Source: Octopus sinensis (taxonomy: Eukaryota). Taken from it: DNA of 64,000 nt. The stretch lies in the NCBI RefSeq assembly GCF_006345805.1, contig NC_042997.1, forward strand, positions 181,846,001-181,910,000, read 5' to 3'. Below the pieces are notes generated by a model, which was given only the letters and a program-made list of their open reading frames with translations, made no database searches and had not been told where the DNA came from. Numbering within the stretch: the first letter of the stretch is position 1; every line of letters starts with the position of its first letter. Positions 1 through 13,212 of the stretch are shown piece by piece. A program made the position numbers and the translations under genes.

Positions 1-984
1 ATCGTAATGAAATGTCAATGGTCTTCATCGATTATACGATGTAGCAGTTTAATGGCCAGCTTTCAAGTTTCATTTTGCTTTGTTCTCCTGAGATATGCAA
101 ATATTGCTGGTGTTTTGTAAATCTAAAGTCACATAACTTCATAAAGTTATGAGTGTCTGTCCAGTTTAATTACAGCTGTATCTTACTAGAAAGCGAACTG
201 ATTTGTAGAATATGTTGATGTTCAATGATGCCTCTACGAATCTTTTGTTAAACGGGAAGTATTACATAGAAAGTAGGAATATTTCATGCTTTTTTTTTTA
301 TACAGATGAATAGTAAATATCTAAAGATAATCAATATGTCAAAGTTATTTAGGTATTTATTGTTTCAGTTAACTGAATGCCTTCCGTATTCTTTGAGAAA
401 AAAAGATGTAAGTCGTGGCATTTTATTGGCAACTGGCTTTTATGATGATTGTATACTTGGTTTATTTCTTTCATTCTTTCTTTTACATCTTCCTTCTGAT
501 TTATCTTGTTAAGAGTTTTCTTTCATAATTTAACATCTCTTAACATTCTGTTGGCTGATGCAATGAGGCGTCAGGTTATCATTGTGGTAGGGAGTAACGT
601 TCCATTTGATACAGTATCTAGTTTAATATATCCTTTATTCAGAGATCGCTTCTGCTAGCGGAAGACCAGTTCGATAACGGAGGTCTGGATATACAGTACA
701 GAAAAAGAAAAGACTAGTTGGTCATAGGCGAAATATCCCTAACCATATATTTTCTCAATCAGAACTTATCCGGAACCAAACAGTAGTAACATTATATGCT
801 AAGGAAACGAATAATGAAAAGTGGTGGATCTCATTAAATTCTCAAATACATACATCAAGACGTACTTTCTGATTAACTACTTTCCTTTTGTGGTTATCGT
901 TCAAGAAAAATTTCTTACTACATTAGCTGATTTTAAACCAGATATTGAACATAATTAATCGTTATCTTTAGCTTCTTCAGTTCT

Positions 985-1225
985 GCTCTAGATTTGTTCT
1001 CTAGGCAGTGTTGTTCTCTGTCTGAGAGACATTCTTGTTCACGCTAAATAGTTGTGACCACATCCTGAATAAGTTATGATGTAGATTAAATTTTCAGATG
1101 CACAGGTAAACTCAGTCTTAATTTTGAATCTTTGCTCTTGTTTAAAATAGAATTTCAAGCTTTCCAGTGGGTTGGGACATGTTCTACAGTTCGGTAGCCT
1201 CCTTTTTTGTCTGACTAATGGCATG
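985..1225 (-). mobile_element. Penelope-like element fragment (Zn-finger linker + GIY-YIG endonuclease start)
   Basis: Minus-strand translation PNCRTCP...FKIKTEFTCASENLIYIITYSGCGHNYL...LRQRTTLPREQI, homologous to the element at 56830-57030 in this window. Confidence 0.8.
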
Positions 1226-1420
1226 TGCACAGTCCCGCTAATTTTCCATGATTATGCCGTTCCAGGTGTGAAAAGCGAAGTCCAATGAATATTAATTACT
1301 CTCATAAAAAGCTCCAACTAGCTCATAAACAATAAAACTGGCCCGGAATGAAATGTGATAAGAAACTTAGCTCTTAATTTAGTAAGAAATTTTTACTGCG
1401 ACTCGGCAACGAACAACAAG

Positions 1421-1459
1421 CACTAGCACTAGACCCAGCAACTCCGGGTCATAGTGCTA

Positions 1460-1461
<2 letters not shown>
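1421..1461 (+). mobile_element. Helitron-type 3' terminus (hairpin ending CTAG|T)
   Basis: actagcactagacccagcaactccgggtcatagtgctagt is a variant of the terminal hairpin at 20743-20783. Confidence 0.65.
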
Positions 1462-1552
<91 letters not shown>

Positions 1553-1559
1553 ATATATA
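1461..1559. repeat. (TA)n microsatellite
   Basis: Direct inspection. Confidence 0.95.
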
Positions 1560-2976
1560 CCCACATAGAACAGACGGTCAATTTACTATTTCGCTATCAT
1601 AGTCGTTTGTGTAATGACGTTCATGGTAATTTTGTTTCCATTTGATTTGGGAATGGTGAATAAATACTAGAACCTTTATCTCCATTTTGAAAATCGTTGT
1701 AAGAATATTGAGAATCAATAGGAGAGTGAGGAAAAGAGAAGGAAGCTGAGAAGAAGGCAAAAAGGCCATGATGTCAGGCCTAGAAAGTTTTTGGTAAATG
1801 AGATATGAAGATGATTTTATATATGTTTATGTGAATAAGTACAATATTCTTATACAGACACGTACATTCACATGCATTCACCTATACAAGCATAATCTAC
1901 ACTCCCATCTGGTGGGGGTTTTTTTGTGTGTATGCTTGTGTGTGTGCGTGTATGTTTGTGTGTGTGTGTATGTGTACTAAAATTCTAGAAAGGATCAGAT
2001 CATATGTTTCATACACGTTATCATCGCTGTGAAAAACGGGGACCGAGGTTAAGTCACAAATCCAAAGGCAGCCCAATCAAGAATGGTTCAACTCTCGATA
2101 AGTTTTGCCTTTCCTCGAAGCCATAGGCATCACTCGTTTATTTATGTCGATTGTAAAGATAGAGATGTTCAACTATTTTTTTACTGCTACGTGAAAAATC
2201 CGGAGCCTAACCTGATCGTGCCTTTACGTAGCTATTACTGCTGCATCTCAGTAACAGGGAGCAATTAAGGGACTTTTAGCGATGGCTTCGGCGAATGTCG
2301 GAAGTAATCGATAGCCGATTTATTTTCGCTTCATGGCTCTTGATTGATTTGCATTTTGCTGGGGTGTCTAAAATTCCTAGCAAGGCTAAAAATATGTTTA
2401 ATCAGCATATTATCGTAACCTTAATTAGAATTTTAATTCCGAAATGTTGTAGTACGATATTGGGCGGATCAGAAACCATATTCTTTATAAAATAACATTT
2501 TTTTTTTAAACTGATTAAGTGGTTTAAGGCAAACACCGATAAAAAAATGCAAATTTCTCCAGTTCGGCATGTGTGATCACTGCGTATCGATCCTTGTACT
2601 CTTATTGACTAACATACCAATTACATTAAATCCATCACTATTATCGCAAAGAAAGAATCTGAAATTATTAAACATGTTCCGAGATTGGCTGTTAAAAATA
2701 TATCGATAACTTATGGGTCAGTGAGAAATTTAGAGATACCTTCAATGTTACCACGGGTGATCAGAACTCCGAGTAAATCAGCAACGTTGTTGCCTTCTAA
2801 ATAATGTTGTTAACGAAAGCATGCTTCCCTGGAATTGTGAGCATCCTTTCTTCGAGACAACCATGATTCAATTCCATGCATGTACCAAGTCTACAATTCT
2901 ATTAGATGTAAGTTTATCTGAGTTCCGTGGCGTTTAAAGGATTGAAAGTACAAGGCTCTCTTGCTTGCGTCAGTAT

Positions 2977-3760
2977 CTATTTCTTTACTACCCACAAGAG
3001 GCTAAACACAGAGGGGACAAACAAGGACAGACAAACGAATTAAGTCGACTACATCGACCCCAGTGCGTAACTGGTACTTATTTAATCGACCCCGAAAGGA
3101 TGAAAGGCAAAGTCGACCTCGGCAGAATTTGAACTCAGAACATAGCGGTAGACGAAATACCTATCTCTTTACTACCCACAAGGGGCTAAACACAGAGGGG
3201 ACAAACAAGGACAGACAAACGAATTAAGTCGACTACATCGACCCCAGTGCGTAACTGGTACTTATTTAATCGACCCCGAAAGGATGAAAGGCAAAGTCGA
3301 CCTCGGCAGAATTTGAACTCAGAACATAGCGGTAGACGAAATACCTATCTCTTTACTACCCACAAGGGGCTAAACACAGAGGGGACAAACAAGGACAGAC
3401 AAACGAATTAAGTCGATTACATCGACCCCAGTGCGTAACTGGTACTTATTTAATCGACCCCGAAAGGATGAAAGACAAAGTCGACCTCGGCGGAATTTGA
3501 ACTCAGAACATAGCGGTAGACGAAATACCTATTTCTTTATTACCCACAAGGGGCTAAACACAGAGGGGACAAACAAGGACAGACATAGGTATTAAGTCGA
3601 TTACATCGACCCCATTGCGTAACTGGTACTTATTTAATCGACCCCGAAAGGATGAAAGGCAAAGTTGACCTCGGCGGAATTTGAACTCAGAACATAGCGG
3701 TAGACGAAATGCCACTAAGCATTTCGCCCGGCGTGCTAACGTCTCTGCCAGCTCGACGCC
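2977..3760 (-). mobile_element. tRNA-derived SINE family A, tetramer (one head + 4 x 184-bp units)
   Basis: Units start at 2977, 3161, 3345 and 3529; single head at ~3712-3760; flanking TSD cttgcgtcagtatct / cttgtgtcagcatct. Confidence 0.9.
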
Positions 3761-4699
3761 TTGTGTCAGCATCTTCCACTTCTCCCGCCCGTCTTACTCT
3801 TATGAGAGGGACATACATTAAGAAAAGAGAGGAAAATTAAGCCGATATAGTATTTATACATCCAGTAAAGATGAAAGGGCAACATGACACTGACTGCAGA
3901 ACTGTGAATGACACCAGTAAACAAAATACACGAAGTGTTTCTAGATTAAATTTGAAAGTACCATTCAAAAACTAAGAATATACGTTAGATATTTCGTACT
4001 CTATGTTGCTTGGATAATTGATAAATTGTTGCTTGAATTATTGATGAGAAATTGCAACGGAAGATAAATATGGATAAGTAAGGCTAATGCTTTAAGAAGC
4101 ATTGCTAGCAGGTTGCCGCTTGTGTGAGAAAGTTGGCTTTAAAAACAAACTGAAAGGGAAGCATATTAAATGAAAATTAATCATGAGGAGAAAATATGAT
4201 AAATGAATTAAAAATTTGAAACACTTTCACCACCGAAATTCCGCGAACCCATCTGTGCATATAATTTAATCGTAAGAATCAGTATAATCGAAATCTTTTC
4301 ATATATGATGATACTTTGCATGTAACTTCAATTTCCCTTGTTTAGAGACAACTTGATTTAGGGAAAGTTTAACAGTGAAAATTTTCAGAATGACGACAGA
4401 GAAGTTTGAAATGATTGGTAGCGAAATGCACACGTACACACAACTTCAGTTGTTGGGCACAACTAGTTATTCTTCTATTCTTTTACTTGATTCAGTCATT
4501 TGACCGCGGCTATGCTGGAGCACCAAGTGAAATTACTCATGAACACACATACATGCACGCACGCATGCACGCACGCATGCACGCACGCACGTATGCACGT
4601 AGCCTAGTTTATTTAGAGTGTATGAAAATATATCAAGAATATCAAATCACTGTATTTATAGAGATATACACATGTGTTTCTTGTGTATGCTTGTGTGTG

Positions 4700-4731
<32 letters not shown>

Positions 4732-5123
4732 CATGCGCGCGCGTGGTGCATGCATTAAGCCAAGTTTATGGAGAAAATACGTATTTCAATCATTTATTTA
4801 CATAGCTCAAACGAAAGTAAATATATTTACTACGAAACGAATTGAAACAAAGCTTGCTACCATAGCCTCGGAGAAGGAAACTGATTCAATTGATCGAAGC
4901 TGTTTGTGTTAATAAAAATGAAAATCGATATCTAAAGGGACATCCTAACGCGTTAGAATCACAAAATGCGATTTGAAGTGCTTTAAATCGAAATGATTTA
5001 AGTGATTTTTGTCAGATTGGTGAATCTTGATCTCTTAAGTGTAAAGGATTTAGTGGTGAAACACTGAGTACATTGAACTTTAAAGACTTAGTATATGGAC
5101 CAGTTCTTTTCCTCACTGATAAT

Positions 5124-5700
<577 letters not shown>

Positions 5701-6104
5701 TGTGTTTGTTAGAATCATACATAAATTCATCGCATATCAATATTTCTTAAACTAATTACGTTCCAATATGATTGCGTTTAAAAACATATTAAGTACAATG
5801 TTAATCGAAGTCTAATCCATTCCTATCACTTGCATCAGATATGCTTTGATATCATTGGTGGATCAGAGAGTATGTGAACGTCTATCATTGCTAAGGTACA
5901 ATGGAAAATAGAAACAATACTACACACCAACATAAATACTTGCAGACTGAATTGTTCTTCTCTTTCTCCATCTGTGTTCGTGTGAATATATGTATATGTA
6001 TGTATACACACATACACACTTACGTCATTCACTTACACCAGCGGATAAGTGATATTTTTAAGGTTAACATTGACTTATTCGCGATCATTACCACTCCCTC
6101 TAGT

Positions 6105-6790
6105 TAATAAAATTCTCGATCAAGTTAAATGCGGGAAGTTCATTGAAAAAAATAGACTGATACTCTGCAATATTTTGAGACATTTACACATAAAATTGCT
6201 TCAAAGAAGAAATTACCCTAAAATGGATTAAAAAATGAGAAAGTAACGCATAAATGCAACTTCTACTCAATATAGTTCCTTTATATTCTTATTATGCCCA
6301 TTTTAATTATACTTATATGAAGATATCGTGGAGGTGCTTGGCTTAGTGGTTAGGGTGTCAGCACCATGATCATAAGATTGTGGTTTCGATTCCTGGACCG
6401 GGCGACGCGTTGTGTTCTTGAGCAAAACACTTCATTTCACGTTGCTCCAGTCCACTCAGCTGACAAAAATGACTAACGCTGCGATGGACTGGCGACCCTT
6501 CCAGCTGGGGAAAACTTACACCATAGAAACCGGGAAACCGGGCCTATGAGCCTGGCTAGGCTTTAAAAGGGTGCATTTATTTTATCTTTTATATAAAGAT
6601 CTCAATGAGAGATTAATTTTGTGGAAAAAAATAACTTATGGAGCCAAATATTGTCAAATTAGAATAACAGTAAGACCCGCAATCGTCTTTGACGTATAAC
6701 ATCTCACTTACTTTTAGGAGACATTTAGCATAATTATGCTTATTTGAAATATCTAAATGGAAAGAATTATTTCTGTAAACCAGTTTAAAA
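6105..6790 (+). pseudogene. Putative highly decayed Maverick/Polinton integrase C-terminus/chromodomain, interrupted by a SINE
   Basis: Scattered motifs NKILDQVK, YLYEDLNERLI, FDV*HL and SKWKE resemble FKVGDxVR / YxLxDLNGExI / YxVExI / LVKWKG of Maverick integrases; weak, many stops. Confidence 0.3.
6328..6575 (+). mobile_element. tRNA-derived SINE family C
   Basis: A box tggcttagtgg, B box gtttcgattcc; TSD-like tatatgaagat / tatataaagat. Confidence 0.85.
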
Positions 6791-7144
6791 TTGCTGCCAT
6801 AGAAAAAAACTGAACGAAACGTGGTGAACTCGAGAGTGGTCTAACAACTGATATCATCTTAGAAACATCGTATTCCTTTTATTTTGTTAAGATTTCCTGA
6901 TTTATTATAGAGCGGCATAAAATTTTGAAAATCGCGCCAAAATTAGTACATTATAAAAGTAAAGGCTTATGAAACAAGTGGTAAAATATAAAGGTGATCA
7001 CTAATAAATTTTGTGACATTGAAAGCTTTGTAAATAAACTTAGCATATATATAATTAATTTACGCACCGCTGAGAGGAAATTATAAAATGTTTCAATAGT
7101 TTTGTATCTAAAAAATAATTGGAAATTTTACTTTTTTTAATACT

Positions 7145-8135
7145 ATGAATAATAATGATTTTTAATCATATTTTTAAAGTTTTTCATTTTTGTTATTTTT
7201 ATTTTGAATGAATTTTTTTTTTTTGATAAAGGAAGAAAACAAAATTATATTTTTTGAAATTAAATATATGCAAATTTGGTTTATATTAATGAAAATGATT
7301 TGTTTGCAACAAAACAATTCTATTATATATTTAGAAAAGATCTTTTTGTTGGTGATTAAAAATATTGCCAGTGATAATTTAAATATCGATGACCCATTTT
7401 GGATAATATTTCTTTTAGGTTTGACCTCTATGGTCAAAATTTTGGAAAATGCTAAATTCAATATACGTTGAAATCTTTGTTATTTGAAACCAATGACGTG
7501 TCAATTCATGTATACCTAGCTTATAATTTATAGAATTTATTTAGCAGAAATGTGAATGGAAGCATTATCGGTAATCACTCATGTTGTTTGGCTTGAAGAG
7601 TTAAATATATATTCCTTTGGGTTTCTAGGCGTAATGTTGTATTTCAGAAAAATCGCTTGGAATTTTGTTTTCGAAAATTTAGGAAAATTGTTAGGATTTA
7701 GGAAGATACTGAAAATATCTCCTGTGTAAAATAATAGTTTAGATCGGTTAAGAGCTTTTACAGGAGATAACTTTGATAACATAAAGTGGTTTAAAATATG
7801 TATATTAATCTTTGTTACCCAATCATCTGAATATTTACTTAATATTTAAATCCTATCACATCAAGGACATTGCTGACCCTGTTTGTGGTAGATATCCCGA
7901 TCACAATAGCTAAAATTTGTACGGCCGTGACCTAATGACTGTACGTTAGATTGTGCATTATGTTTTTTTCCTTAAAATTATATGACTAGTGACTCCATTA
8001 TAAAGGATATAATATCCTTTATCTTAGAAATTTGAAGCTATAATTTTTATATTGATATATAAATGTCGACTTGAGCTCAAAGAGAGCAACTTTTTTGTCG
8101 GTTAATATCTATTCTATCTTACGTTTTAAAGAAGT
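7145..8135 (+). pseudogene. Putative decayed Maverick/Polinton minor capsid (penton) gene
   Basis: Ordered motifs across ~1 kb: MNNNDF* (start), IPSL*FIEFI, FENLGKLLGF, DIADPVCG, VR*IVH, NILYL..FLY/IDI, FLSVNIYSILRFK (end). They match the remembered penton pattern DFYxxLPS..IPxGYY..LxxLLGF..DIxEPQxVG..LLRxV..HYxP..IEI..FxSG..xLHFK. Confidence 0.45.
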
Positions 8136-8685
8136 TAGTGTCCATGTAGATATCAATAATATGAACCTGAGACCAAGAAGAGACTATCAAGAACCATAAC
8201 TGTCAGAGTAATCATAAAATAAATCAAAATATTATTATATTTCAATTAATTTTAATGATATAGTACCCATTAGACTCACTGATCTGCCAAAAATATCAAA
8301 ACATTATTTTTATTTAAACTAAATTTCTATTTTGTATAAAAATAGAATAATGAATTATTGTGTCATAATTAATTATCTAAAGTTACAAATAACTAAATAG
8401 TATATTCAAAACGATATGAAAATATATTAAAATTTGATATTTAATGCAATTGGGTATTAAAAATTTATCACTGCCAAATTCATTATGTGAGAAAATATTT
8501 TTTATGTTAAAATGGTTTTAAAAAAGACTATTTGCATTTGAATATCAATGGAATGAACAATTTTCAAAACAATGTTTTATAATAAATATTTCATAAAAAT
8601 TGTTTTTAGTTTTGGTAATTTTATTATTTAAAATATTTTACTGTTAAGCTTCTGCACATTTTTCGTTCACTCTGCTCTTGATCTC

Positions 8686-9065
8686 ATGTCTGGATACAGC
8701 AACGGCAGCGAAGAACGGATCAAGGGAAACGCCGAGTGCTATCGCAAGGTTCTGCATATTAACGTCCAAGGTTTCACCCAGCTGATTTTCTTATACTTGG
8801 TTGGTCACGGTGGTGCTAAGAGTGTCTCAAGTTTGATTTAAGAGGAGATATGCAGGGTGTTCAAGCTAGGTATCTCATATTTGGTTTATTGTAGTGACAC
8901 CAAGCGCATCTCAGACTTTGAGCACAAGGGCTCTTAGTGTGCTCAAAGTGTTTCTCAAGAATTTGAACGTGATGAGACGCCTTTTGTCTAAAATTAGTGA
9001 CTTGTATTTCCTATGAAGCTTTCTAACAGCCGTATTTAATCCACCATGGGCTGCTTTATTGAGTT
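8686..9065 (+). pseudogene. H4: Histone H4 pseudogene with internal duplication
   Basis: ATG at 8686 gives MSGYSNGSEERIKGNAECYRKVLHINVQGFTQLIFLYLVGHGGAKSVSSLI*EEICRVFK, colinear with H4 [60 protein letters not shown]; a second pass KLGISYLVYCSDTKRISD..SVLKVFLKN..RD follows. Confidence 0.85.
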
Positions 9066-9599
9066 TTGTTTTTCTCTTTTGCATTCGTCTCGGGTTCCTT
9101 GTTGATATTTTTTATATAATTTGCTTTTAGTCAATTTATAAAATTTACTTTTTGATTGTAGCTTAAACGTTTTGAAAAAAAATCAATATAATTTATATTT
9201 TATACTGTTTTAGTTTTGCCTTAATAGCAATTATTTTTTGGCTGTGAAAATATGTTGTCTGTAAAGAAGAATGGATGCAGTGGAGATAATATTCTTAATT
9301 AAATGGACCGAGAAAAGTACAGAGCACAAAGTGGAAGATTAAAAATATTGCAACTGAAGTTAGAATTTGAATTTCAATTTATGTCTTAGGACGTGTCGGG
9401 TGCAAAACAAAAAAGTAAAGATTAAAGGGAATATTACGGTGCTCTTGTACTGCATGGGTTAGTGTAGTCAAATTTGGTAGGTCACTTTCTTTACCCTGTA
9501 ACCCACTCTCGTGTTTATATCTAACAGAAATCATACCCAACGGTTTATACTTAGCCTTGTGAAGATAAATTAAATTTCCAGTATACGCAAAGGGTAAAA

Positions 9600-9943
9600 G
9601 ATAAAGATCCCCGCAGTCATGAATGACCATGTGTTTTCACCTACAAAGTCCCCCACCCCCGAGGCACAAGTTCGAGAAAGGTTGTTTATGGAAGACCAGC
9701 AGTTACCCATGCAAACCAACCTCCCCTATTCACAACACCGATGTTATCCAAGGAAAAGGCAAAGGACAATATAATTTGATCGATACAGTGATGTCGCAAT
9801 TCATTTCTACAGCTGAGTGAACTGAAGCAACGTGAAATAAAGTGTCTTGCTCAAGAACACAACACACAGCCCCGTCTGGGAATCGAACTCACTACTTCAT
9901 TATCATGTGTCCAACGATCTAACCACTGAACCATGTACCCTCC
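9600..9943 (-). mobile_element. tRNA-derived SINE family C (variant tail)
   Basis: tRNA-like head at 9880-9943 on minus; TSD gtatacgcaaa on both sides; near-identical to 16268-16537 and related to 50627 and 53565. Confidence 0.85.
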
Positions 9944-11937
9944 TGTATACGCAAATGAAGCGATATTTAATCAAAATAGTTATCTATGCATCATAACTAA
10001 TGTATGCAGACTGTCGATAGGTCAGTTGCCACAGCATTTGTCCTGAGAAAACATCTGTTATCACTTGCTGTGTTAAAACTTAACAATATCAGAGATAAAA
10101 CAAAGCAAATATCAGCGGCGTTCAGAGAGAGCGCTAAGAGTATTGTAGTCTTTTTTAGACTTTGCAATGACGCATACTCTCAACTAGTCACATGCTAGGA
10201 AGAGAATTCGTCGTCTTTGATGTAAGAAAAGTTAATAAAACATAACTTTCGTAAGTTAATTGACGGATTCCCGTAAATATGTGTTGCGCAAGCTTGCATG
10301 TGGAGAGCTAACAATTAATTTTAAAATATGAGTTATTTCTTGGCAAGCTTAAGGAATGATGCAGTTTTCACTTCATTTCGCTGCAATGTTCTGAAAAGCA
10401 ATGCATGCTGTTTCACTAAACTGAGAAAGAATGCTTTTTTGACTGAAAAACAAGACTATTTCTTAAACTAACTTACTAATGTGTGCGTGTGTGTTTAGCC
10501 CCAGGACACTTTTGAGCAATCAGAAACATGAACAATGACGCCCCAGTCGTGACTATCTATTCGTTCTTTATTCATATATATTGTTTCTGGAACTAAATAA
10601 GCTAATATGTTATTAATTCTTAAGGTGGTGGGCTGTGATTTGACACCGAATTAGCTGCTCTTTGAAGCACCTCAAGCAAGTTTACAGAAGATTCCTCATT
10701 GAATTGTTAAATTACTAAGGCGGTGAGGTTTACAGAAGTGTGTGATTGCTTTGTGCTAATTAGTGATTAATTAGTGATAATGGTATGTTGAGCTGCATCA
10801 TAGGTTCTTTCTGTATCTGAACTGACGTACTTGGCACAAACCGCAATTGGAAAACTCATTTCTGTATCCCAGATTACACAGATATGTCTATTTATAAGAT
10901 TTGTCTTTCTACATTTAAAAACTTTGCTTTTTTCTTAGTGCGGGTCGATAAGGTAAGTACCATGTAATATATTGGTGTTGATCCAATTCAAGATACTCAG
11001 CCTCTGGTTGAGCTTATCTATGGTCAGAACTATTGCAGCCGTGACCCTCCCGTAATCATTAGCATGTGCAAGAAACCCAGGGACACATTGTCTAATGTGA
11101 CCCTATTCTGTCAGTCGACCAGGTGGAGGTTCTGTGTGACCCTGTGCTAATATAAGAAATCGATACGCCGAATGCCGAAGAGCAAGATTTAAATCGACAT
11201 GTGGTAGCGGCAGTTTTGTTTCTATTACCCTTTGAAGATCATACACTTGGGCTATTAATACATTGGAAAGACATGAAGGTCAACGAATTAACTCAGGAAT
11301 CTCTACGAATGTCAAGTGTCCTGCTAAAAATAGTTGCCTGGTCTCCCTCAAATTGCACTTTTCCAGCTTTAAAAAAATATAGGTAGGCCACATTGGAAAA
11401 TATTTTCCTAAATGCACCGTCAGTAAAATAGATATAAAAAAAATTTTTTTAAACGGTCGGAGTGGTCGCGGACAGAATGCCTTTTGATCATAAATATCTT
11501 TGATAAACGAAACCCTAGCCTTCAACAACGTCAAGAAGAATAACAACGACAATAACAACACCGTCAGCAACAATAATAGTAACGAGTGGAAGCTTCCTAA
11601 TTTATTTTCCCTCTGTACATATAGAGTATTTGTATTAATTCAAAAGCAAATCAATATTTCTTAAATTAATTACGTCCCGACTTGTAATAATTGCAGTTAA
11701 TGACTCATTAACTGTAATAATTATCTCGTTCTAATTCATTCATATCACTTCCACCATAATGTAATGCATTGATACAAGTGATGGTTCAAGAGGGCTTATG
11801 AACGTTTCCATCATTACCCAGACCCAGAAGCGCATTCAAGCGTAACGCTACAGGCTAACAAATACTCTCAACAATTATACATCACTCCCGAATTCATTAC
11901 GCTAACAAAACACCTAAGACTATACATGTATATATAC

Positions 11938-12020
<83 letters not shown>

Positions 12021-12025
12021 TATAT

Positions 12026-12245
12026 TCTTTTGTTCTTTACTTGTTTCGGTCATTTGACTGCGGCCATACTACAGCACCGCTTTGAAGGGTTTTTGTCGAA
12101 TAAATCGACTACAGAACTTATTTTTTATGCCTAGTGCTCATTCTATTGGTGTCTTTTGCCGAACCGCTAAGTTACGGGGGCGTAAACACATCAACACTAG
12201 TTGGTAAGCGGTGCTGGAGGACAAACATAGACACAAAGACACACA
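12026..12245 (-). mobile_element. SINE family B, 3' half
   Basis: Homologous to 12441-12660. Confidence 0.8.
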
Positions 12246-12310
12246 TATAGATTAATACATAGATACATACATATATATAAACATACATAGATACATAGAT
12301 ACATAGATAC

Positions 12311-12435
<125 letters not shown>

Positions 12436-12440
12436 ATATA

Positions 12441-12829
12441 CTCTTTTACTCTTACTCTTTTACTTGTTTCAGTCATTTGACTGCGGCCATGCTGGAGCAC
12501 TGCCTTTAGTCGAGCAAATCGACCTCGGGACTTATTCTTTGTAAGCCCAGTACTTATTCTATCGGTCTCTTTTGCCGAACCGCTAAGTGACGGGGACGTA
12601 AACACACCAGCATCGGTTGTCAAGCAATGCTAGGGGGAACAACACAGACACACAAACATATACACACACACTTATATATATATACATATATACGACAGGC
12701 TTCTTTCAGTTTCCGTCTACCAAATCCACTCACAAGGCATTGGTTGGCCCGGGGCTATAGCAGAAGACACTTGCCCAAGATGCCACGCAGTGGGGCTGAA
12801 CCCGGAACCATGTGGTTGGTTAGCAAGCT
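12441..12829 (-). mobile_element. SINE family B (tRNA head + CORE-like domain + internal microsatellite + LINE-like tail)
   Basis: Minus strand reads ggttcagccccactgcgtggcatcttgggcaagtg (CORE-like); tail ...gactgaaacaagtaaaagag; several copies in the window. Confidence 0.85.
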
Positions 12830-12859
12830 TTCCGTCTACGAAATCTACTCACAAGGCTT

Positions 12860-13212
12860 GAGTGGTAAGAAGCTTGCTTCCTTACCACACGATCTATAGC
12901 CTCGGGCCGACCAAAGCCTTGTGAGTGAATTTGGTAGACGGAAACTGAAAGAAGCCTGTCGTGTAAATATACATGTATATATATTTATATGTGCGTCTCA
13001 TTGTGTATGTATTTGTCCTACCACCATCGCTTGACAACCGATGTTGGTGTTTTTACGTCCCAGTATTTAGCGGTTCGGTAAATGATATCAATTGAATAAG
13101 TACTTGGCTTTTAAAGAATAAGTCCTGAGGTCGATTTCTTCGACTAAAGCAGTGCTCCAGCATGGCCGCAGTCAAATGACTGAAACGTATAAAAGAGTAA
13201 AAGAGTAAAAGA
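12860..13212 (+). mobile_element. SINE family B with internally deleted head
   Basis: Homologous to 44179-44641; ends in (taaaagag)n. Confidence 0.85.

Noticed and set aside
2977-3712. 184-bp tandem array as a CRISPR array or satellite
   Set aside because: No unique spacers, and the units are bodies of a dispersed SINE. I also found no hammerhead core in the unit on either strand.
7174-7471. Hydrophobic AT-rich ORFs as a mitochondrial insertion (NUMT)
   Set aside because: No recognisable mitochondrial protein or tRNA motifs
9623-9820. Recurrent similar small ORFs (9623, 16291, 53583; 43557 and 49792; 20534 and 47411) as a gene family
   Set aside because: The similarity comes from the SINE and Helitron copies that contain them
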